In this document: positions 56,282 to 63,028 of the stretch, piece after piece
Numbering within the stretch: the stretch's first letter is position 1
How the letters are laid out: each line of letters begins with the position of its first letter
Assembly (NCBI GenBank): GCA_021443665.1
Contig: JABUTN010000002.1
Location: forward strand, 27,943-91,942
From: Bacteroidales bacterium
GTDB lineage: Bacteria; Bacteroidota; Bacteroidia; Bacteroidales; UBA932
Direction of reading: 5' to 3'
Length of the DNA: 64,000 nucleotides
Notes under the pieces: model-generated
What the model was told of the DNA's origin: nothing
What the model saw: the letters and a program-made list of their open reading frames with translations, nothing else
Databases searched by the model: none
Program-made: the position numbers and the translations under genes

Positions 56282-57252
56282 TGAAAAACATAGCTGTTGT
56301 ATATGGAGGCTATTCCTCCGAATATGAAATATCCGTCAAGAGCGGCCGCAATGTGGCCGCCGAACTGCGCAAGGCCGGCTTTAATGTATATGAAGTGCTA
56401 CTCACCCGCGAAAGCTGGGATGTGGTGGACGCCGACAGGCGTTATTCCGTTTCCAAGGACGACTTCAGCGCGGTGATAGGGGGAGAGAGGGTGCATTTCG
56501 ACAAGGTGTTCATCATAGTCCACGGCGACCCCGGCGAGAACGGCCTGCTCCAGGCATATTTCGAGATGCTGCAGATTCCCTTTATGGGCTGTTCCTCCCT
56601 GGTGGACTCCGTTTCCTTCGACAAATATTTCTGCAAGAGGGCGCTCGCCGACCTTCCGGAAGTGAGAATGGCAGCCGATGTGCGCCTGCTCAAGGGCCGC
56701 GGATTCGAGCCGGAAGAGATTGTCGCCAAACTCGGCCTTCCCGTGTTCGTGAAGCCCTGCAACGGAGGCAGCAGTTTCGGTGTGACCAAGGTGAAGAAAA
56801 CGGAGGACCTGCCCTCCGCGGTCGAGTACGCATTCAGTGAAAACGCCGACTCCGTGCTCATCGAGAGCGCAATCAGCGGCCGCGAGATAGACTGCGCCGT
56901 ATATACCGGCAACGACGGCAAGGCCCGCGCCCTGCCCCTGCTTGAAATCGTTTCCCAAAACGAGTTCTTCGACTACGAGGCCAAATATCTTGGAGCCAGT
57001 CAGGAGTTGTGCCCTGCCCCCGTGGATGCCGTGGTCACCGCGAAGGTACAAAGGGCGGCCGTGGAGATTTTCGAGCATCTGGGCTGCCGCGACCTTGTCA
57101 GAATGGACTTTATCGTGAGCCCCGACGGAGAGGTGTTCTTCCTCGAAGTCAACCCCAACCCCGGAATGACGGCCGAGTCGATTGTGCCCAAAATGGTGGC
57201 GGCCGCCGGTATCAGGATGGAGGATTTTCTCGCGGACCTTGCAAACAGATAG
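56281..57252 (+). CDS. ddl: D-alanine--D-alanine ligase
   Basis: 'IAVVYGGYSSEYEISVKSG' N-terminus and an ATP-grasp body with 'EVNPNPGMT'. The start overlaps the PBP1A stop by 1 nt. Confidence 0.95.
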   Translation: MKNIAVVYGGYSSEYEISVKSGRNVAAELRKAGFNVYEVLLTRESWDVVDADRRYSVSKDDFSAVIGGERVHFDKVFIIVHGDPGENGLLQAYFEMLQIPFMGCSSLVDSVSFDKYFCKRALADLPEVRMAADVRLLKGRGFEPEEIVAKLGLPVFVKPCNGGSSFGVTKVKKTEDLPSAVEYAFSENADSVLIESAISGREIDCAVYTGNDGKARALPLLEIVSQNEFFDYEAKYLGASQELCPAPVDAVVTAKVQRAAVEIFEHLGCRDLVRMDFIVSPDGEVFFLEVNPNPGMTAESIVPKMVAAAGIRMEDFLADLANR

Positions 57253-57255
57253 GCT

Positions 57256-58152
57256 ATGACCAACAAGGAGTTTGTAACCCACGCCATCGACGAGCTTTGC
57301 CAGACCTTCCCCCTGGCCTCCGCCCGCGTGATGGCAACTCGCCTCCTTACCCATTTCAGGGGCCTTTCGGAATACGAGTACCTCATAGAGCCGGGAAAGA
57401 AGATTCCCAGCCCCGAACTTGCCGTGCTCGAGAAGGCGCTTTCAGAACTTCTCGAGAACCGTCCCCTGCAGTATGTGCTCGGCACGGCGGAGTTCTGCGG
57501 CCACGAGTTCAAGGTGGATGAGAGGGTGCTTATCCCCCGCCCCGAGACCGAACAGCTTGTCAGGATAATCGTTGAGGACAGCAATGTGATGGGCTGCAGC
57601 GACCCCAAGATTCTGGATGCCTGCACGGGCTCCGGCTGCATCGCCCTTTCCCTTGCCGCCGCTCTGCCCAAGGCTCAGGTGCTCGCCTGCGACATCAGTG
57701 AAGATGCCCTCGACCTTGCCGCGAGCCAGGAGATTTTTCTCGATGAGGGCAGGCACCAGAGGTTGTCGAACATTCCCGAATGGTTTGTCTGGGATGTGTT
57801 GACTGAGCCCGAGCCGAGTCTGCCCAATATGAGCGAACTCGACGTTTTTGTCAGCAACCCTCCCTATATCTGCGAGAGCGAGAAGGACTTTATGGAGGAC
57901 AATGTCCTGCTTTATGAGCCTGGACTGGCCCTCTTTGTGCCCGACAACGATCCCTTGCGCTTCTACCGGGCCCTCGGCCTGAGGGCGGCGGAACTGCTCC
58001 GCCTCGGAGGCAAGGGCTATTTCGAGATAAACGAACGCTACCCCAATGAGGTGTGCGCCCTGCTTGAGGAACAGGGATTCAGTGAAGTGTGCGCCCACGA
58101 GGACTACCACGGCAAAAGCCGCTTCGTGAGCTTTGTGAAATATTTTATGTAG
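57256..58152 (+). CDS. prmC: Release factor glutamine N5-methyltransferase
   Basis: 'LDACTGSGCIA' SAM motif and the 'VSNPPYI' catalytic motif. Confidence 0.9.
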   Translation: MTNKEFVTHAIDELCQTFPLASARVMATRLLTHFRGLSEYEYLIEPGKKIPSPELAVLEKALSELLENRPLQYVLGTAEFCGHEFKVDERVLIPRPETEQLVRIIVEDSNVMGCSDPKILDACTGSGCIALSLAAALPKAQVLACDISEDALDLAASQEIFLDEGRHQRLSNIPEWFVWDVLTEPEPSLPNMSELDVFVSNPPYICESEKDFMEDNVLLYEPGLALFVPDNDPLRFYRALGLRAAELLRLGGKGYFEINERYPNEVCALLEEQGFSEVCAHEDYHGKSRFVSFVKYFM

Positions 58153-58163
58153 AGAATTCCCTT

Positions 58164-59564
58164 ATGGCAAAAAAAATCACGACAGCCTGGTTCTGCAGCT
58201 CTTGCGGCAATGAATCACCGAAATGGATGGGGCGCTGCCCCGCGTGTGGAGAATGGAATACTATGGTCGAAGAGCCCAAGGCCGCCCGAAGCGGCTCAGG
58301 CGCCGCGACAGGCTCTGTGAGCCGTGACAGGGGGCTGTTGGGCGTGGCCCAGGCCGAACCCATACAACTCCGCAACATAGACCTGAGCAACGAAGAGCGC
58401 CTCAAACTCGGCAATGCCGAGGTGGAGAGAATTCTCGGCGGCGGTCTTGTGGCGGGGTCGATGGTGCTGATAGGTGGAGAGCCCGGCATAGGAAAGTCCA
58501 CTCTCGCCCTCCAGATTCCACTCCACTGCAAGGAACTCAAGACCCTGTATGTCTCGGGAGAGGAATCCCCCCGCCAGATAAAACTGCGCTCGAACCGCCT
58601 CTGCGAGGGCGGCGAGGACCGGTCCAACTGTATGATACTCTGCGAGACCCTGCTTGAGAACATCATCAAGCAGGCGCAGCAGCAGAAGCCTGAACTGCTG
58701 GTGGTCGATTCCATCCAGACCATCTACTCGGACGCAATGGACTCTTCGGCAGCGAGCGTGTCCCAGGTGCGCGAATGCGCCACTGCCCTGCTGCGTTTCG
58801 CCAAGGAGAGCGGCACCCCTGTGATACTGATCGGGCACATTACCAAGGACGGCTCCATTGCCGGCCCCAAGGTGCTTGAACACATTGTCGATGTGGTGCT
58901 TCAGTTCGAGGGCGACACCCGCCACAGTTACCGTATGCTCCGTTCCATCAAGAACCGCTTCGGCTCCACGGCGGAACTCGCCATTTTCGAGATGACGGAC
59001 CGAGGCCTGCGCGAAATCACGAACCCCTCACAGATTCTGACGCCTATGCACGGGGAACACCTGAGCGGGGTGGCCGTGGGCTCTATGATAGACGGCACCA
59101 GACCCTTTATGATAGAGATTCAGGCTCTTGTTTCAACCGCCGCCTACGGTATGCCGCAGCGTTCCGCCACCGGTTTCGATTCGCGCCGCCTCAATATGCT
59201 GCTGGCCGTGCTCGAGAAGAGGGCCGGCTTCAAACTCTCGGCCAAGGACGTTTTCCTGAATGTGGCCGGCGGGATGAAGGTCAACGACCCTTCCTGCGAC
59301 CTTGCGGTGGTGGCTGCCATCCTGTCCAGCACTTTTGACAGCGAGGTATCACAGAAGTGCTGCTTTGCCGGAGAGATAGGCCTGAGCGGGGAAATTAGGC
59401 CCGTAGGCAATCTGGAGCGGCGCACGGCTGAGGCCGCAAGGCTTGGCTACGAGGCCATTTACGTGTCAAAGTATTCAAGCCCGGAAGCCCTGGCCACAAA
59501 GGCCTCCATCAGCGTCATACCGATAGGCACCATAGGGGATTTGTTAAGAAGTTTGTTTAAGTAG
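58164..59564 (+). CDS. radA: DNA repair protein RadA/Sms
   Basis: Zinc finger 'CSSCGNESPKWMGRCPACGEWNT', Walker A 'GGEPGIGKSTL', 'KNRFG' and a Lon-like C-terminus. ATG at 58164. Confidence 0.95.
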   Translation: MAKKITTAWFCSSCGNESPKWMGRCPACGEWNTMVEEPKAARSGSGAATGSVSRDRGLLGVAQAEPIQLRNIDLSNEERLKLGNAEVERILGGGLVAGSMVLIGGEPGIGKSTLALQIPLHCKELKTLYVSGEESPRQIKLRSNRLCEGGEDRSNCMILCETLLENIIKQAQQQKPELLVVDSIQTIYSDAMDSSAASVSQVRECATALLRFAKESGTPVILIGHITKDGSIAGPKVLEHIVDVVLQFEGDTRHSYRMLRSIKNRFGSTAELAIFEMTDRGLREITNPSQILTPMHGEHLSGVAVGSMIDGTRPFMIEIQALVSTAAYGMPQRSATGFDSRRLNMLLAVLEKRAGFKLSAKDVFLNVAGGMKVNDPSCDLAVVAAILSSTFDSEVSQKCCFAGEIGLSGEIRPVGNLERRTAEAARLGYEAIYVSKYSSPEALATKASISVIPIGTIGDLLRSLFK

Positions 59565-59625
59565 AAAATTTTTGCTTAATTTGCGCGTCAAACGCGATAT
59601 TGTTAAAACATAAAAAATATAAGTT

Positions 59626-59862
59626 ATGTCAGAAGTTGCATCAAAAGTTATTGCCGTTATTGTCAACAAACTCGGCGTGGATGAAAGTGAGGTTACACCT
59701 ACAGCAAGTTTCACAAACGATTTGGGAGCTGACTCCCTTGACACTGTCGAGCTCGTTATGGCTCTTGAAGAGGAGTTCGGTATCAAAATTCCCGATGAGG
59801 AGTCTGAGAAAATCTCCACTGTAGGCGATGCCATCGCATACATTGAGTCACAGCTCAAGTAA
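59626..59862 (+). CDS. acpP: Acyl carrier protein
   Basis: '[20 protein letters not shown]' phosphopantetheine-attachment motif. 78 aa. Confidence 0.95.
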   Translation: MSEVASKVIAVIVNKLGVDESEVTPTASFTNDLGADSLDTVELVMALEEEFGIKIPDEESEKISTVGDAIAYIESQLK

Positions 59863-59894
59863 TCGCATCCAATTCACAAAATTGAATCAAAAAC

Positions 59895-59941
59895 AGAGAC
59901 CGGGCACCTGGATAACACCAGAGTCCCGGTCTCTTCCTTTT
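59895..59941 (+). terminator. Rho-independent terminator after acpP
   Basis: 10-bp stem 'agagaccggg'/'cccggtctct' (59895-59904 / 59925-59934) enclosing a 20-nt loop with possible inner pairing, followed by 'tcctttt'. Confidence 0.7.
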
Positions 59942-60021
59942 GCCCGCACGCAGCAGCGGCTCTGAAAGCAGCCTTTGTGGTCAGGGATAACATTTTGTCA
60001 GTCAGCTTGTTGCAAATATAA

Positions 60022-60207
60022 AGAATTACATTGAAAAAATGTAGACCTTTGCAAAATCACGTCCATGTCATCAAGGGAGGGTGTGAAGCTAAATATAACA
60101 TTGATCCTGAAATGAAGCATTAAATTTCAATGATTGAAAGTGTGATAGAAGAAAATGTTGAGGTTATCAGGAATCGTTGGATTGAATATTTCAGGAAAGA
60201 GAAGTAA
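60022..60207 (+). pseudogene. Decayed DUF4160-family gene (frameshifted, no N-terminus, internally shortened)
   Basis: Frame A reads '...QNHVHVIKGGCEAKYNIDPEMKH*' (stop 60121-60123), like the DUF4160 core 'PH(I/V)HVxxgxxEAKFxLxP'. Frame B (60130-60207) reads 'MIESVIEENVEVIRNRWIEYFRKEK*', like the DUF4160 C-terminus. It ends 1 nt before the DUF2442 start, the normal DUF4160-DUF2442 pairing. Confidence 0.5.
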
Positions 60208-60208
60208 A

Positions 60209-60481
60209 ATGAAACACTTCATTTCAAAGGTGTGGATAGATGCGGGACGCATATATGCGCGGACAACTGATGGATTGCTCGCAAGTTATCCTGTGGCAAT
60301 GTGGGAACGCCTTGCTGCTGCCACGGAAGACCAGTTGAATGACTTCTATTTTTCATACTCAGGCATTCACTGGCCTGGGCTTGATGAGGACTTGGGCTTT
60401 GAGGGGATGTTCCATTCCGCCGGATTATGTGAACGTACAGACAGCGAGGACTCCGTCTGCTATATTTCGGAGAGTTGCTGA
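60209..60481 (+). CDS. DUF2442 domain protein
   Basis: 'KVWIDAGRIYARTTDGLLASYPVAMWERLAAATEDQLNDFYFSYSGIHWPGLDEDLGFEGM' matches the DUF2442 pattern (the 'WP.LDEDI..E.L' end). ATG at 60209. Confidence 0.75.
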   Translation: MKHFISKVWIDAGRIYARTTDGLLASYPVAMWERLAAATEDQLNDFYFSYSGIHWPGLDEDLGFEGMFHSAGLCERTDSEDSVCYISESC

Positions 60482-60571
60482 TTCACGATCCAAACATTGT
60501 CCCATCCGAGGCACGCAAAAAGCCGACCTGTCTGGAGCCGGCAGAATCAATGCGGTGTATTGAATATATTT

Positions 60572-62215
60572 TCAGCACTCATTGAACAGGTTCCTGATGA
60601 AGTTGCCGAGATTGGTGTCGTGTTCGCTCAACCCCAGTTTGGCCCTGATATAATGGTTCATATCATAGAAACTGCGTTTCTGCAGGTATTCTCCGATTTC
60701 CTTGCTTTTAAGACCATATAGAAAAAGACAGCAGTACTCGATCTCTTCATTGCTCAGGCCCTTGTTAGTGAGATATGAAATGAAGGTGGGGTGGCTTTTT
60801 GCGAATGCGAGCCTTGTGGACTCCATAAACCTCTGTTTGTCATCAATAATACGTGCCATCTTTGCGTATGCCTCTGTTTCCGAAACAGAACTGTTTGAAA
60901 GATGGCCGCCGATAACCGAATTAAGCAATTCTATCCTCTCCTTCAGAGCTTTCCGTGCGTCGGGGTCGGCGGAGTCCTCGCGGGCGGAAGCATCTCGTAG
61001 AAGTTTCAACTCCTCCTCCGCCCTTCTGTACAACATCTCATAGTTGTCACGAACTATGGAAAGCATCTTCTGTCTTTGGGTCAGCCATTTGAATAACAGG
61101 AATGCCACCGCCAGAAACACAATCAGTACCCCGCACAGGTATAGATTGCGCTGCTTTTCCTTTAGGATTCGGATCTGCTGGAGATAGTTGTCCTCGGATG
61201 AAAGGATGTCGTTCCTGTATATTTCAGTAAGGTCACTGTCAACCAGAGAATAGTATTTTTTATATGCCTCCAATGCTTCCTTGTGTTTTCCCTGGTCATC
61301 ATACACCGATGACAGAATCGAGTAATACCGGCGTTCCTGCGGGTCATTTGAATAGAGAAGATGTTTGCTCAGGGCCAGTTCCGCCTTCTCGTAATCGTGA
61401 AGACACTTGTAATAAAGCAGGGCAAGGTCTATCCAGGAGATTCTGTTCTCCGGGAACAATGAGAGATACCGGCCTGCCGTCTCCTCTGCTTTCTCAGGAC
61501 TTCCATAATTTGCAAGGAATACGATATATGCAGACATCATCTTGTTTATCACTTCAGAGGATTTTATCCCAAGCTCTTTCACATAATCGTCTGCCAGTAT
61601 ATAGATTTCTTCTGCCCTGGTGCTGTCTCCGATGATCGTATAAGCGTTTACAAGATTTGATAGTGAATTCACATAACTCGTGTGCTTGTTTCCGTCCAGG
61701 AAGAATGAAGCCGCAGAAGAGAATGCCTCTATCTGCTTCTCACGCTGGTGTAACTGCCGGTAGATTCCTCCCTGCGCAAAACAAATTCTTCCCTTTGTAA
61801 GATTGTCTCCGGACTCATTTCCTTCATTAAAGGCCCTGACCCAGCATCGCATGGCATTGGCTCTGTCACCGCCATTGCTATAGATTAACCCCTGATAATA
61901 ATGTGTTCTCATCTTATCAGTGGAGTTGCCGCGTCTCTCGTAATAATCGATTGCCGGCTGCAACACATCGAAGTCTGTCTTGTCAATATAGCTCTTGTCC
62001 AATGCCATAGACATCAGCATTGCGTGACGCGCCCTGACTTTACGGGAATCCGGGTTCAGACTGCCAAGACTGTCAAGAGTGCGGAGCGCTTTCTCTGGTT
62101 GCGTCTCGATATAAGAGTCCACCTCGTCAAGAACATTCCATTGTTCCGAAGACTTGCACGACCAAAGGAGAAAAACTGAAAAAATCAGTAAAGAAACTAT
62201 GTGTTTTGATGCCAT
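60572..62215 (-). CDS. Membrane-spanning one-component regulator: signal/lipobox, extracytoplasmic TPR array, single TM, cytoplasmic coiled coil plus LuxR/GerE-like HTH
   Basis: ATG at 62215 gives 'MASKHIVSLLIFSVFLLWSCKS'. About 340 aa of TPR-like repeats follow ('YYQGLIYSNGGDRANAMRCW', 'LALLYYKCLHDYEKAELAL', 'YYSILSSVYDDQGKHKEALEAY'), then the TM 'LYLCGVLIVFLAVAFLLFKWL'. The C-terminus 'LSNEEIEYCCLFLYGLKSKEIGEYLQKRSFYDMNHYIRAKLGL' aligns to the LuxR-type HTH pattern. Confidence 0.7.
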   Translation of the reverse strand: MASKHIVSLLIFSVFLLWSCKSSEQWNVLDEVDSYIETQPEKALRTLDSLGSLNPDSRKVRARHAMLMSMALDKSYIDKTDFDVLQPAIDYYERRGNSTDKMRTHYYQGLIYSNGGDRANAMRCWVRAFNEGNESGDNLTKGRICFAQGGIYRQLHQREKQIEAFSSAASFFLDGNKHTSYVNSLSNLVNAYTIIGDSTRAEEIYILADDYVKELGIKSSEVINKMMSAYIVFLANYGSPEKAEETAGRYLSLFPENRISWIDLALLYYKCLHDYEKAELALSKHLLYSNDPQERRYYSILSSVYDDQGKHKEALEAYKKYYSLVDSDLTEIYRNDILSSEDNYLQQIRILKEKQRNLYLCGVLIVFLAVAFLLFKWLTQRQKMLSIVRDNYEMLYRRAEEELKLLRDASAREDSADPDARKALKERIELLNSVIGGHLSNSSVSETEAYAKMARIIDDKQRFMESTRLAFAKSHPTFISYLTNKGLSNEEIEYCCLFLYGLKSKEIGEYLQKRSFYDMNHYIRAKLGLSEHDTNLGNFIRNLFNEC

Positions 62216-62220
62216 AAACA

Positions 62221-62228
62221 CAAAAGTA
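62221..62228 (-). promoter_or_regulatory. -7 box TActTTTG (TPR/HTH regulator)
   Basis: 5 nt upstream of ATG 62215. Confidence 0.45.
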
Positions 62229-62272
62229 AAATCATTAAATATTAATTGCAAAATTTATAACAGAAAAATCAT

Positions 62273-62285
62273 CAATCGAAACTTT
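62273..62285 (+). repeat. Direct repeat copy 1, 'caatcgaaacttt' (candidate operator)
   Basis: An identical 13-mer recurs at 62379-62391, 106 bp away, inside the 214-bp divergent intergenic region. Confidence 0.6.
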
Positions 62286-62378
62286 TGAAAAATGCCCCAA
62301 TCATTTTTTTGCGATAAGAAGCGTATGATATTGAAGGATAGGAATTTAGCCGCATCGGATTTTTGCCCTAAATTCTTG

Positions 62379-62391
62379 CAATCGAAACTTT
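62379..62391 (+). repeat. Direct repeat copy 2, 'caatcgaaacttt' (candidate operator)
   Basis: Identical to 62273-62285. It ends 7 nt upstream of the -7 box of the DUF3244-like gene. Confidence 0.6.
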
Positions 62392-62398
62392 CTCTTCT

Positions 62399-62406
62399 TA
62401 ACTTTG
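62399..62406 (+). promoter_or_regulatory. -7 box TAacTTTG (DUF3244-like gene)
   Basis: 23 nt upstream of ATG 62430. It is part of the 13-mer 'ttaactttgcata', which also occurs in front of the serpin gene. Confidence 0.5.
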
Positions 62407-62429
62407 CATAGGCGTAAGTATAATTTGTT

Positions 62430-62804
62430 ATGAAACGATTACTTTTATTGACAATCCTGTGTGCCTTTTCCTTCGGATACAATTGTTATCCGTCAGACAA
62501 CGGCGATGACAAGGAAAACATCGAGTTGACCACGGAAATGAATTCTGTTTCCACCTCGCACGAAAGATCCTTGTCTTATGTAGAAGCATATCATTACTCA
62601 AACATTGTAGAGGTACTTCTCGTCAATGTAGGAGCGGCAGAGGTCTTTGTATATGACTCATCCGGCTCACTTGTGGCATACGAGTATGCCCCAAACACAA
62701 CTGTCGGATATCTATCCCTGCTGACTATTACTTATCACCCAGGCATTTATAGGATATCCATTCATTCAACTTATTGCTATTCCTATGGGGCCTTTATAAT
62801 ATAA
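62430..62804 (+). CDS. DUF3244-like small secreted beta-sandwich protein
   Basis: N-terminal signal 'MKRLLLLTILCAFSFG'. The C-terminal roughly 75 aa, 'VEAYHYSNIVEVLLVNVGAAEVFVYDSSGSLVAYEYAPNTTVGYLSLLTITYHPGIYRISIHSTYCYSYGAFII', follow the DUF3244 (and T9SS-CTD-like) pattern '..v.v.i.d.sG..v.......l.l..l..G.Y.i.i......y.G.F.i'. Confidence 0.6.
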   Translation: MKRLLLLTILCAFSFGYNCYPSDNGDDKENIELTTEMNSVSTSHERSLSYVEAYHYSNIVEVLLVNVGAAEVFVYDSSGSLVAYEYAPNTTVGYLSLLTITYHPGIYRISIHSTYCYSYGAFII

Positions 62805-62823
62805 ACTACAAAAACAAAATGCC

Positions 62824-63012
62824 ATGAAAACAAAACTGATTTACTTGTTGCCTCTTACGGCATTTTGCCTATGCTCCTGCCAAAAAGCAGATGTAGAAAA
62901 CAGATCTTTTGATTCCAATGACTATAATGAGATGTACTCAACACCGAATGGTAATTGGTATGGAAATTATAACAATGGGCGCTATATGATATATGGTTTT
63001 AATGTAAATTAA
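62824..63012 (+). CDS. 62-aa putative lipoprotein with an Asn/Tyr/Gly-rich mature part
   Basis: 'MKTKLIYLLPLTAFCLCSC' lipobox-type signal followed by 'QKADVENRSFDSNDYNEMYSTPNGNWYGNYNNGRYMIYGFNVN'. It starts 19 nt after the DUF3244-like gene. No family recognised, and small ORFs carry inherent uncertainty. Confidence 0.45.
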   Translation: MKTKLIYLLPLTAFCLCSCQKADVENRSFDSNDYNEMYSTPNGNWYGNYNNGRYMIYGFNVN

Positions 63013-63014
63013 AT

Positions 63015-63022
63015 TAACTTTG
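63015..63022 (+). promoter_or_regulatory. -7 box TAacTTTG (serpin)
   Basis: 6 nt upstream of ATG 63029, within the same 13-mer 'ttaactttgcata' (63014-63026). Confidence 0.5.
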
Positions 63023-63028
63023 CATATT

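Noticed and set aside
53951-57671. Minus-strand ORFs of 263, 297, 318 and 223 aa opposite PBP1A, ddl and prmC.
   Set aside because: Same reasoning: they are shadow ORFs opposite genes with unambiguous catalytic motifs.
60482-60571. Possible terminator hairpin between the convergent DUF2442 and regulator genes ('gccgacctgtctggagccggc').
   Set aside because: Only a 4-bp stem with a large loop and no flanking T-run, which is too weak to call.
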